A program made the position numbers and the translations under genes. The notes under the pieces are model-generated. The model was not told where the DNA came from. It ran no database searches and saw only the letters and a program-made list of their open reading frames with translations. Positions 8,764 to 17,163 of a stretch of DNA of 64,000 nucleotides are shown here, in pieces. Every line of letters begins with the position of its first letter. Position 1 is the first letter of the stretch. This DNA comes from an uncultured virus (IMG/VR IMGVR_UViG_3300030514_000006) (Duplodnaviria; Heunggongvirae; Uroviricota; Caudoviricetes; Herelleviridae), in the IMG/VR virus record IMGVR_UViG_3300030514_000006; one strand, given 5' to 3'.

Positions 8764-9624
8764 TTGTTACCAAGTATCGACACATATCTTTATGAACAAA
8801 TTGAATCGAAGTTAGAAATTATTTTAACGAACCGCTATATTATAGAGGAAATACTGAAAGGCATACAACCTACAATCGCAGAGAACTTTATTCGAGCGTA
8901 TACAGGGACAAATGCTAGGGAAATTCCAATCACCTACACGATGCCTCAGGACAAGGAAGATCAAAAAGGAGCCATCTACATAGGTCTACGAGAAGGAGCA
9001 GAATCTAAAACCAGCCTAGGAAACCTAGAAGGGACATACGAGAATAAACAACTTGGGATGATTAAAGAGTCTGTAACCATTCAGGCAGACGAAAAGAAGG
9101 AGCGATGCTTCTTCCAAGTAGAACAGCCAATCGCGGAACTTAACAATGTAGAAGGAATCTCTTTCTCAATTGATGATAATGTCCACATCGATAAGAATAG
9201 AATCTACTTCACTTATGACCCGCTTTTTGTAGGGGAGACGCACAACGTTAACTACATTGCTTCTGCAGGAGATGAAGTCGGATTAAAGCATGGGTTCACG
9301 ACAACAGAGCATTACTCCGTTTTAGTTGTTTCGACAAACATGGATACAGTTAGGTGCCTAGACTTAATTGTCAAAGCTATTCTTATCCTAATGAGAAGCA
9401 ACCCGGAAGAGCTAACGAGCTTCTTACTACAGAAATTACAGTTTGGTCAGATAGAGGAAATTCCAGTAGGGACGGACAGTGTACCTGAAATTCTATATGG
9501 TAGGGAGTCGATTGTAACATATACAACTTCTTACAGCCTTGATGCCCCTATCAGTGACGCAATTTTAGAAAAAATTATGCTAACAATCAAGTATAAAGAT
9601 CAAGGAGGGGAGATCATTGGCTGA
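8764..9624 (+). CDS. Tail terminator/completion protein (putative)
   Basis: 286 aa, TTG start with an AGGAGGGG RBS; two genes upstream of the sheath. Confidence 0.6.
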   Translation: MLPSIDTYLYEQIESKLEIILTNRYIIEEILKGIQPTIAENFIRAYTGTNAREIPITYTMPQDKEDQKGAIYIGLREGAESKTSLGNLEGTYENKQLGMIKESVTIQADEKKERCFFQVEQPIAELNNVEGISFSIDDNVHIDKNRIYFTYDPLFVGETHNVNYIASAGDEVGLKHGFTTTEHYSVLVVSTNMDTVRCLDLIVKAILILMRSNPEELTSFLLQKLQFGQIEEIPVGTDSVPEILYGRESIVTYTTSYSLDAPISDAILEKIMLTIKYKDQGGEIIG

Positions 9625-9841
9625 GCAAAAGAAAACAGTAAAGGCTAAGGAAGAAAAGAAGCAGTACAAGCCTAAGCCTTATGTGCATATCGACACTTTC
9701 TTGCAAACAGCAGTTCAGTTGTATGGTTTAACAAGTGTTGAGGCAGCTGGATTTAAGGCTAAGATGCAAGGTAGTCACTACCAAACAGATGAAAAAGTAT
9801 TCTTAGAAGCACTGAAACAACATTTAAACATTAGCCGATAA
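9617..9841 (+). CDS. Hypothetical protein
   Basis: 74 aa with a GGAGGGGG RBS; directly precedes the sheath gene. Confidence 0.75.
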   Translation: MAEQKKTVKAKEEKKQYKPKPYVHIDTFLQTAVQLYGLTSVEAAGFKAKMQGSHYQTDEKVFLEALKQHLNISR

Positions 9842-9877
9842 GCTAAAATTTAGTTAATAGAAGGGAAGAGACAGACT

Positions 9878-11587
9878 ATGGCAACATCTTACGGTTACGA
9901 TCGTCAGCGTCCAAGAACAGAAATCTTTTTAGATGCTAGTTCACTAGGGTCTGCAAATACGCGTTCTGAAAAACCACTTGTACTTTTAGGTTCCGCTACT
10001 GGGGGACAGCCTAACGTACCACACACAATTAGTAACTTTGCTCAAGCTCGTGAAATTTTCCGTGGCGGAGAGTTACTTGACGCAATTGAAATGGCATGGA
10101 ACCCATCACCTAACGTAACTGGTGCTGGTAAGATCATCGCTATTCGTACAGACGCAGCTACACAAGCAACATTAACTCAAGGAGCATTAAAATTTACTTC
10201 TAAGTTATATGGTGTAGATGCTAATGGAATCCAGATCGAATTATCAGACAATGCAGTAACAGACTCTAAACGTTTAGGAGTTTACTTCACTAAAGAACGT
10301 TATGAGCGTGTGTATGATAACATCGGTAATATCTTCACTGTACAATATACAGGTACAGAAGCAGCAGCTACTGTTGAAGTAAAGGTAGACAGCACTTCCA
10401 AATTAGCTACACAGCTAGTATTAAGCGTTGGTGCTGATACAGGAAGCATGGCAGCTGTTCGTACGTACGAACTAGGTGTAGGTTTATATCAAGACGTTCA
10501 CCTACTAGTAAACGATATTAATAACTTACCAGATTTTAAAGCACAAATGATCTCTCTAGGTGGTAACAAAAACATTGAGACTGAGTTCTTAGATGTTCTA
10601 GCTGCTACTGATATCAAGGCTGCTCCTAAGACTGTAACAGCTGTTGGTGCCGACCTACAGGACGTAATCGCTAGTGATACGTATGTATCGGTGGAGGTTG
10701 ACCGTAAACAAGCACTACCTGAAACAGTAGCACTTACAAGTTTAGCAGGCGCTAAAACAGAACCAGCTCCTCCAAGTTGGGCTAGCTTATTCAGCTTAAT
10801 CACTGACTTGAATGCATACTACGTTGTGCCTCTAACAAGTGATGCTGCAATCCACGGTGAACTTTCTCAGTTCTTACGTGACAGCTCTAACAACGGAATG
10901 CACTTACGTGGTCTAGTTGGTGGAGGAATCGGTGAAACGCTTGACGAAATGCGCTCTCGTCAGATGAACTTACGTAACGCTCGTATGGGTGTAGTAGGGA
11001 ACTCTGGTACTCGTAGAATGGCAGACGGTCGTGTTTACAACTTCCCGGCGTTTATGTATGCAGCATTAGTTGCAGGGGTAGCTAGTGGACTAGAAATCGG
11101 TGAACCTATCACTTACAAAAAAGTGAATATCGAGTCTCTTGACCAGAAGTTTACAGGAGACCAGTTAGATCAATTGAACAATGCAGGGGTAATCATGACA
11201 GAGTTTGTGCGTACTCGTACGTCATCTCACTTCCGTCTTGTATCTGACCCTACAACGTACAATGTCTCTACTGAGCCTGTACAAAACCGTATCTCTCTTG
11301 GAGAGGTTTCTGACTTCTTAACAACAGAGCTACGTGAGGTACTAGATAACGAGTTCATCGGTACTCGTATCCGCAGCACATCTGCTTCTATCATCAAGAA
11401 CCGTGTTGAGTCTTTCCTAGACCAACAAAAGAAAGTAAACGGCTTGATCGTAGACTACAACCCAGATGACGTACAAGTTGTTATCTCTGGTAACACAGCT
11501 CGTATCAACTTGACTGTACAACCTAGCCAAGGACTTGACTTCATTAACGTGTACATCACTTATGAAGACAATGAGTTAGTGGCTTAA
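9878..11587 (+). CDS. Tail sheath protein
   Basis: 569 aa. AREIFRGGELLDAIEMAWNP and a C-terminal sheath domain (GEVSDFLTTELREVLDNEFIG). Confidence 0.94.
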   Translation: MATSYGYDRQRPRTEIFLDASSLGSANTRSEKPLVLLGSATGGQPNVPHTISNFAQAREIFRGGELLDAIEMAWNPSPNVTGAGKIIAIRTDAATQATLTQGALKFTSKLYGVDANGIQIELSDNAVTDSKRLGVYFTKERYERVYDNIGNIFTVQYTGTEAAATVEVKVDSTSKLATQLVLSVGADTGSMAAVRTYELGVGLYQDVHLLVNDINNLPDFKAQMISLGGNKNIETEFLDVLAATDIKAAPKTVTAVGADLQDVIASDTYVSVEVDRKQALPETVALTSLAGAKTEPAPPSWASLFSLITDLNAYYVVPLTSDAAIHGELSQFLRDSSNNGMHLRGLVGGGIGETLDEMRSRQMNLRNARMGVVGNSGTRRMADGRVYNFPAFMYAALVAGVASGLEIGEPITYKKVNIESLDQKFTGDQLDQLNNAGVIMTEFVRTRTSSHFRLVSDPTTYNVSTEPVQNRISLGEVSDFLTTELREVLDNEFIGTRIRSTSASIIKNRVESFLDQQKKVNGLIVDYNPDDVQVVISGNTARINLTVQPSQGLDFINVYITYEDNELVA

Positions 11588-11651
11588 GAGCTATATTAAT
11601 AGGAGAGGCTAGACCTCTCCTAATTTACTAAATGAATGGGAGTGAAAGTAG

Positions 11652-12346
11652 ATGGCATCTGTAACTAACCAAACAGTACAGTCCGCTAATACGGTGTACT
11701 TTATGATTAAGAACGTACCTATCGCTCGTGCTCAGTCTATCTCAGCAGAACGTAGCTTCGGTACTACAGGGGTCTACCAGATCGGTTCTATCATGCCGCA
11801 AGAGCACGTTTACTTGCGTTATGAGGGTTCTGTAACTGTAGAACGATTCCGTATGAAGAAAGAGAACTTAGCGTCTCTAGGCTTTGCCGCTTTAGGTGAA
11901 GAAGTATTACAAATGGATATCATGGACATTGTACTGTATGACAACTATACTCAAGAAGTTATCGTTGCATACCGTGGATAAAATAAACTGTTCACGTTAA
12001 ACAACTCTAACTGCTGGAAACCCCTTAGAGCCAACTCAGCTACAACGTAAGGATGAAACAAGCCTAAGCGTGAATGCTTGAAAATGAATTGGATTGGGCA
12101 ATCAGCAGCCAAGTCTCGAATAGAGAAAGGTTCAACGACTATCCCGCGAGGGAGTACACCATAAAAGGTGGAAATGGGTTGCCTCTAGTAATAGAGTGAA
12201 GATATAGTCTAGTCCCTATCAAATATGTCGAAAGACAGGGTATAAACGGTTCAATCGATACTTACTCAGAATCAACTTCTGTAGGTGAAATTAGCTCAGA
12301 AAGTGCTAGATTCTACTTCTTAACTTCAGCTAATGTAAGAGGTTAA
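11652..12346 (+). CDS. Tail tube protein, spliced (exon 1 11652-11979, exon 2 12249-12346; 141 aa)
   Basis: Exon 1 ends ...AYRG plus T. Joining to 12249 restores TGT and reads CSIDTYSESTSVGEISSESARFYFLTSANVRG*. The total of 426 nt matches the roughly 142-aa tube protein of Twort/K-like phages. Confidence 0.92.
11980..12248 (+). mobile_element. Group I intron (269 nt, no internal ORF)
   Basis: The 5' exon ends in U and the intron ends in G. P1 GTGGAT/GTTCAC has the U-G wobble. Core elements: P AACTGCTGGAAA (12009), Q AATCAGCAG (12100), R GGTTCAACGACTA (12129), S AAGATATAGTCT (12199). P7 GACTA/TAGTC; P3 CAACTC/GGGTTG. Confidence 0.93.
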
Positions 12347-12350
12347 TGTC

Positions 12351-12388
12351 AAAAAAGAGCTCTGTATTATACAGGGTTCTTTTTTTTT
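12351..12388 (+). terminator. Intrinsic terminator after the tail tube gene (possibly bidirectional)
   Basis: A6-GAGCTCTGTA/TACAGGGTTC-T9. Confidence 0.8.
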
Positions 12389-12442
12389 ATTGCAAATTTT
12401 ATGAAGTTGTGCTATATTATAAACATGAAAGGAGTGGTACTT

Positions 12443-13363
12443 ATGCCTAAAAGACTAACATACGGAGAAGTTAAAGAATATATAGAGGGGAAAGGGTACA
12501 GCCTAATAAGTGAGGAGTATACAAACGCAAGTACATCCTTAGTAGTTAAATGTGATAAGGGGCATGACCCATACGAGGTTAGGTTTGGAAATTTTAAAAC
12601 AGGAAAGAGATGTCCAGCCTGCGCCATCATTAAACGTAACGAGTCTAAAAGGATTGACCCGAAAGTAGTAAAAGCAGAAGTAGAGAAGGCAGGATACATT
12701 CTACTAGAAATCAAAGAAGGCTCTAAGTGTAAGCATAAGAGAATGATCGTTAAGTGTGATAAGCTACATGACCCCTATGAAGTTAGTTATCAGAATTTTA
12801 AAAAAGGCAGAAGATGCCCCTACTGTAAGACTGAAAAGAAAAGAACACCAATAGAAGAGGTTATAGCTACGGTCAATGCAGAGGGGTTCGATGTAGTTAG
12901 TGGAGAATTTATCTCAAGGAAAAGTCGAATGATATTTAGATGTCCAGAGGGGCATGATTACCCGGCTACATATGATCTATTTTTAGCAGGTAAGCGCTGC
13001 CCTAAATGTAACAAAAGTAAAGGTGAGGTACTAGTATCTCGTATCCTAGCAGAACTAATCCCTGATATCAGAGTAGAAGAGCAATACCTCGTACGAATAG
13101 AAAATAAAAACTATCGATACGATTTCTGCATTCACTCAGATAAGCTTTTGTTCATTGAGTATGATGGGCACCAACACTACATGCCTATCGAAGCTTTTGG
13201 AGGGCAGGAAGGCTTTGAAAAGCAAAAGATAAGCGATAGTATAAAAGATCGATATGTAGCTGATACAGAAGGGACAGAGCTTCTAAGGATACCTTATTTC
13301 TACGGAGAAGATAAAGTACGAGACAGCATCGCTCAGTTTCTATCAAAACATAGAATTATATAG
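12443..13363 (+). CDS. Free-standing putative homing endonuclease (Zn-ribbon repeats plus Vsr/DUF559-like PD-(D/E)XK domain)
   Basis: Three CxxxH..RCPxC repeats, then SKGE..YRYDF..FIEYDGHQHY..KDRY..LLRIPY. AAAGGAG RBS before ATG 12443. Has its own promoter and terminator. Confidence 0.8.
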   Translation: MPKRLTYGEVKEYIEGKGYSLISEEYTNASTSLVVKCDKGHDPYEVRFGNFKTGKRCPACAIIKRNESKRIDPKVVKAEVEKAGYILLEIKEGSKCKHKRMIVKCDKLHDPYEVSYQNFKKGRRCPYCKTEKKRTPIEEVIATVNAEGFDVVSGEFISRKSRMIFRCPEGHDYPATYDLFLAGKRCPKCNKSKGEVLVSRILAELIPDIRVEEQYLVRIENKNYRYDFCIHSDKLLFIEYDGHQHYMPIEAFGGQEGFEKQKISDSIKDRYVADTEGTELLRIPYFYGEDKVRDSIAQFLSKHRII

Positions 13364-13385
13364 GCACCTAAAAGGGTGTCTTTTT
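13361..13385 (+). terminator. Intrinsic terminator (AGRCACC family)
   Basis: AGGCACCT-AAA-AGGGTGTCT followed by a T tract. Confidence 0.7.
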
Positions 13386-13441
13386 AGTGTATACAAATGC
13401 TATATTATACAGGAACTACACAATAGATTGGAGGTAATTAA

Positions 13442-14959
13442 ATGTCAAACGTTTTTCGAGACAATATGTATCAAAACTTCCCTGACCCCAACAAAAAGAT
13501 TGAAGAGTTAGGGGAACAAGTAGAAGGTTACGATAACACGATCAATACTCTTTCCAAAGTTACGGTTAGTATTGCTAATTTCCCAAAGCTACCCCCTGAA
13601 ACGGACGATACTAGTAGAATAAAAAGGGCACTTACTTATATTGAATCCCTTGGAGGCGGAACACTAGTATTCCCCTCTGGTAATTACTATGTTACAGCAA
13701 CTTCCTCCTCTCCTAATGTTATCTCGGTTAAAAGTAATTGTTCATTAGAGGGGCGAGGTAATGTTGTTATCCAACTAAACTCAACTAGCCTAACGAACTA
13801 TGCGATTGTAGACATCCGTAGTGTAGCCAACGTAACCGTTAGAAACATTAAGATTATAGGAGATAGAGACACACATGTAGGTACTACAGGTGAATGGGGA
13901 ATGGGAGTAAACATCATTGAGTCAAGCAATGTTATCCTAGATAAGGTAGTTGTGGAGAAAACTTGGGGTGACGGTATTTATATTGGTTGCCTAACATTTA
14001 CCCCAGTAGCTCATAATGTTAATATCAAAGCAACAAATTGCGAGTTTCAGGGAAGACGAAACGGGATGAGTATTATTGATCTCACAAATGGGGTGTTTAA
14101 CAGCTGCGTGTTTCGAGATACAACCGGGACATTACCTAAAGCAGGCGTGGACTTCGAACCAAACTCGGTGAACCAGTTAGTTGAGAACGTTAGATTTAAA
14201 GATTGCACATTTAAAGACAACACTAATGCATTTGTTACAGCTAATATAAATGGAAATGTTAAAAATTTACGTGTAATTGACTGTGATTTTAAGAACGGAG
14301 ATACCCACATCAGTCTCGGTGGTACTACTTCACCTCTGTACGATGTAAAAGTTAAAGGGTGTACTTTCGAGAATTTCATGGTCGCGGGTAATAAAAACAA
14401 TGCGGAGCCTGCTGGTGGTTTACGTGGGGTCGAGAATGCTATGTTAGATGGAAACACTTTTAAAAACTGCGGTAAGTTCACCATTAGAACAAGTAGTAGT
14501 GGCGTTCTATCAAAAAGAATTAAAATATACAGGTCAGAGTTAACAGACTCGGCTGGCTTCGAGGTAAGATCAGGTGATGGTATTAAGATTAAAGATGCGG
14601 AGATTAGCAGTTTTACTAACTTCGGTGTATTCATCAATAAAATAGACACGTCACAGACTCAAAACATCTTTGTTGACTCTATTGAAATTAATGGAAGTGC
14701 CGGAGGAAGCTCTATTGCTTCGGGAGTACGTATTGACGCAGGTGATGATGTTTCTGTACAGAATGTTACCTGTAGAAAAGACTCTGGAGACTTGATGAAG
14801 CGAGGTATTTACGTTGCTTCTACTGCCGGGTATGTGAAACTGATTAACAATGACTGTAAAAACGGGGGAGCGGACAATGGTATATTAAATAACGTAGCTG
14901 GTACTTATTTGAGAAATAACCGAATGAAGGATGGAACCTTTACAGACACCCCGAACTAG
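13442..14959 (+). CDS. Right-handed beta-helix (pectate lyase-like) spike/depolymerase
   Basis: DDTSRIKRAL..GGGTLVFPSGNY start of a pectate_lyase_3-type domain; WGDGIYIG, RRNGMSI and GVDFEPN repeats; late promoter at 13398. Confidence 0.82.
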   Translation: MSNVFRDNMYQNFPDPNKKIEELGEQVEGYDNTINTLSKVTVSIANFPKLPPETDDTSRIKRALTYIESLGGGTLVFPSGNYYVTATSSSPNVISVKSNCSLEGRGNVVIQLNSTSLTNYAIVDIRSVANVTVRNIKIIGDRDTHVGTTGEWGMGVNIIESSNVILDKVVVEKTWGDGIYIGCLTFTPVAHNVNIKATNCEFQGRRNGMSIIDLTNGVFNSCVFRDTTGTLPKAGVDFEPNSVNQLVENVRFKDCTFKDNTNAFVTANINGNVKNLRVIDCDFKNGDTHISLGGTTSPLYDVKVKGCTFENFMVAGNKNNAEPAGGLRGVENAMLDGNTFKNCGKFTIRTSSSGVLSKRIKIYRSELTDSAGFEVRSGDGIKIKDAEISSFTNFGVFINKIDTSQTQNIFVDSIEINGSAGGSSIASGVRIDAGDDVSVQNVTCRKDSGDLMKRGIYVASTAGYVKLINNDCKNGGADNGILNNVAGTYLRNNRMKDGTFTDTPN

Positions 14960-14966
14960 TCTAACT

Positions 14967-14992
14967 AAGACACCCGAAAGGGTGTCTTTTTT
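14967..14992 (+). terminator. Intrinsic terminator
   Basis: AAGACACCC-GAAA-GGGTGTCTT followed by a T tract. Confidence 0.85.
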
Positions 14993-15004
14993 ACTAGTCT
15001 GTAT

Positions 15005-15021
15005 GTTACAGTTTCTTTACA
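15005..15021 (-). promoter_or_regulatory. WalR (YycF) box
   Basis: The minus strand reads TGTAAA-GAAAC-TGTAAC, an exact match to TGTWAH-N5-TGTWAH. Extra half-sites at 15026 and 15056. Lies upstream of a YocH-like gene. Confidence 0.6.
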
Positions 15022-15115
15022 ATACTGTAACAATCCACCTATTTAGGGTATAGTGTGTTACATTAGTCTAGTACAATTAAGAAGTACATACTAAAACCGG
15101 AGAGGGGAAACAACT

Positions 15116-15730
15116 ATGAAATTGAAAGCCACATTAGTAGCAGTAGCCGCTTCAGCGGGATTATTGTTTGCTGGACAAACTGCTTCAGCAGCAGAAAACA
15201 ACAGTATTGTAGACTATCTTTATAACCGAGGAGAGGATTACAGTTTCTCTCACCGAGCAAACTTAGCAGCAAATCATGGCATTCAAGGCTACAAAGGTTC
15301 AGCTTATCAGAACATTGCGCTACTAGGTAAATTACAAGGCGCACCAGTTAGTACGCCAGTACAAGCTCAGGTTCAACCTGAACCGAAGCAAGAGACAGAA
15401 GTTCAAAGTGAACCAGCGTCTACACCTAGTCAGTCTAGTGGAAAGAAAATGACAGTTACAGCTACCGCTTACACAGCTTTCTGTAGTGGGTGCAGTGGAG
15501 TTACCGCTACAGGTATTAACTTACGATCTAACCCTAGCCAGAAAGTAATTGCAGTAGACCCTCGTGTTATTCCATTAGGCTCTAAAGTATATGTAGAAGG
15601 ATATGGAACAGCAATCGCAGGGGATACAGGAGGCTCAATAAAGGGACAACGTATCGACTTGTTCATGGCTAGTAACTCTGATGCAATGGCATTTGGAAGA
15701 AAAACAGTAGAAGTTACTGTGTTAAACTAA
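15116..15730 (+). CDS. Secreted 3D-domain cell-wall protein (YocH-like) with a DUF3597-like N-domain
   Basis: Signal peptide ending ASA-A; SIVDYL..SFSHRANLA..GYKGSAYQNIALL; 3D domain TATAY..IAVDPRVIPLGSKVYVEGYG.AIAGDTGGSIKGQRIDLF. Confidence 0.88.
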   Translation: MKLKATLVAVAASAGLLFAGQTASAAENNSIVDYLYNRGEDYSFSHRANLAANHGIQGYKGSAYQNIALLGKLQGAPVSTPVQAQVQPEPKQETEVQSEPASTPSQSSGKKMTVTATAYTAFCSGCSGVTATGINLRSNPSQKVIAVDPRVIPLGSKVYVEGYGTAIAGDTGGSIKGQRIDLFMASNSDAMAFGRKTVEVTVLN

Positions 15731-15739
15731 TTACTATAT

Positions 15740-15768
15740 AAGACAACCTTGCTGGTTGTCTTTTTTTT
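15740..15768 (+). terminator. Intrinsic terminator
   Basis: AAGACAACC-TTGCT-GGTTGTCTT followed by a T tract. Confidence 0.85.
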
Positions 15769-15837
15769 ATGTTTTGATAGCTGTATCAGTGGCTATAATA
15801 ATAGTATAACCTATAGTATAGTCTAGGAGGATACAAT

Positions 15838-16374
15838 ATGAGAAACATAGAAAAATACAAAAAGTTTTGTGAAGCGGTTAAAGAAGGCTATTTTTTCTAT
15901 AAAGAAGGTAGAGTTTATAGAGGTAAGCAATGGGATAACAAGAAAAAAGAATACGTGGATTTAGAGAGTTCAGTTATAGCTAGTCGTCCAACAAAGAGAG
16001 GGTATAGGAGAATAATCTTTAAAGGGGATACGCTATACGAGCACTCGTGTATATTCGCAATGTTCTACGGAATAGAAGAGTTAGCAAAACACCAGTGTGT
16101 AGATCATAAGGACGGAATAAAGGATAATAACTTAATTAGTAATCTTGAAGGAGTAACAATCAAAGAGAATACATATAGAGCAGAGGAAAAAGGTCTATTT
16201 AAACGAACATATGGAGAAATAAACGGACAGGCAAAGCTTACAAGGAACCAAGTAGACACCATTAAGCAATTATATAAGGAGAAGAAACACAACCAATATG
16301 AGTTAGCAGAAATGTTTAATATCTCTCAGCCACACGTCAGTGACTTAATTAATAACAAAAGGTGGGCGCATTAA
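15838..16374 (+). CDS. HNH homing endonuclease with a C-terminal HTH
   Basis: VDHKDGIKDNNLISNLEGVTIKEN (HNH_3 type); GEINGQAKLT..QYELAEMFNISQPHVSDLINNKRW. Confidence 0.88.
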   Translation: MRNIEKYKKFCEAVKEGYFFYKEGRVYRGKQWDNKKKEYVDLESSVIASRPTKRGYRRIIFKGDTLYEHSCIFAMFYGIEELAKHQCVDHKDGIKDNNLISNLEGVTIKENTYRAEEKGLFKRTYGEINGQAKLTRNQVDTIKQLYKEKKHNQYELAEMFNISQPHVSDLINNKRWAH

Positions 16375-16443
16375 AGAGTTATTACAAGTTAATATTACCA
16401 TCTTAAATTAAAGGTGCTTAGGCATCTTTTTTTTATTTTATTG

Positions 16444-16472
16444 TTGACTTTTAGAATCTACCAAACTATACT
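16444..16472 (+). promoter_or_regulatory. SigA-type (early) promoter
   Basis: TTGACT-17 nt-TATACT, just after a terminator (16411-16434). Confidence 0.75.
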
Positions 16473-16509
16473 AAAGTTGTACTAAAAAGCAAAGGGAGAG
16501 AAAAATAGA

Positions 16510-17079
16510 ATGACAGTTATTACTTTTAACGAGAGAAAAGCATTGCAGGACAAGATTGACTATTTAAAGCAGGAGAGAGCTCGTGCTGTTGAAATGTATC
16601 GTGAAGCAATGGACTTCTATATGAAAGAGTATAAAGAAGCTATTGCCCGCATTAGACAGTTAGACGAGATCGAAGCAACTGCAGCTACACCTGTTCAACC
16701 AGAACCACAAGTACAGGTTCAACCTATTATACAGGAAGTAAGCGCAGAAACTTTAGAAGAAATGATTGCTAAACGCAAGGAAGAAAAGGAAAAACCTACT
16801 TTTATTTATAATAGAGAAAAGCAGTTAATAAAAGATTTTGAGTATCGTGAACGTGTAGCAAAATCAGGTAGACGAGCTCCAAGGCAGGACATCAAAGCGA
16901 TGGCTGAAGAAGTTAAGGAGTTTATGAAAGACAAAGGACGACCTGTGAAAACAAAAGAAATTTTAAATTTCTTACGAGAAAACAGTTACAATGTAAGTTA
17001 TCCTACAATTCAAAAGATAAGAGAGTATGCTCCACAAATTCAATCTCTAACTCATGGCTATTACCAATACAAATGGTGA
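16510..17079 (+). CDS. Rok-like nucleoid/silencer protein (coiled-coil N-domain plus winged helix)
   Basis: 189 aa. FNERKALQ...IARIRQLD resembles the N-terminus of B. subtilis Rok (FNEREALR...YAKLRELD, recalled from memory). C-terminal winged-helix pattern ends PQIQSLTHGYY. Confidence 0.65.
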   Translation: MTVITFNERKALQDKIDYLKQERARAVEMYREAMDFYMKEYKEAIARIRQLDEIEATAATPVQPEPQVQVQPIIQEVSAETLEEMIAKRKEEKEKPTFIYNREKQLIKDFEYRERVAKSGRRAPRQDIKAMAEEVKEFMKDKGRPVKTKEILNFLRENSYNVSYPTIQKIREYAPQIQSLTHGYYQYKW

Positions 17080-17163
17080 TAGCCATTTGTATGTTATAAT
17101 ATAATTAGAGACAACCTCTACTGTTATATTACTAGTAGAGACTACGAATTAGGAGGATTGAAT

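Noticed and set aside
11652..11981. Tail tube as a truncated 109-aa pseudogene
   Set aside because: The stop codon lies at the intron boundary, and splicing restores the full protein.
14047..14649. 200-aa minus-strand ORF
   Set aside because: Antisense to a beta-helix gene; no RBS or motif seen.
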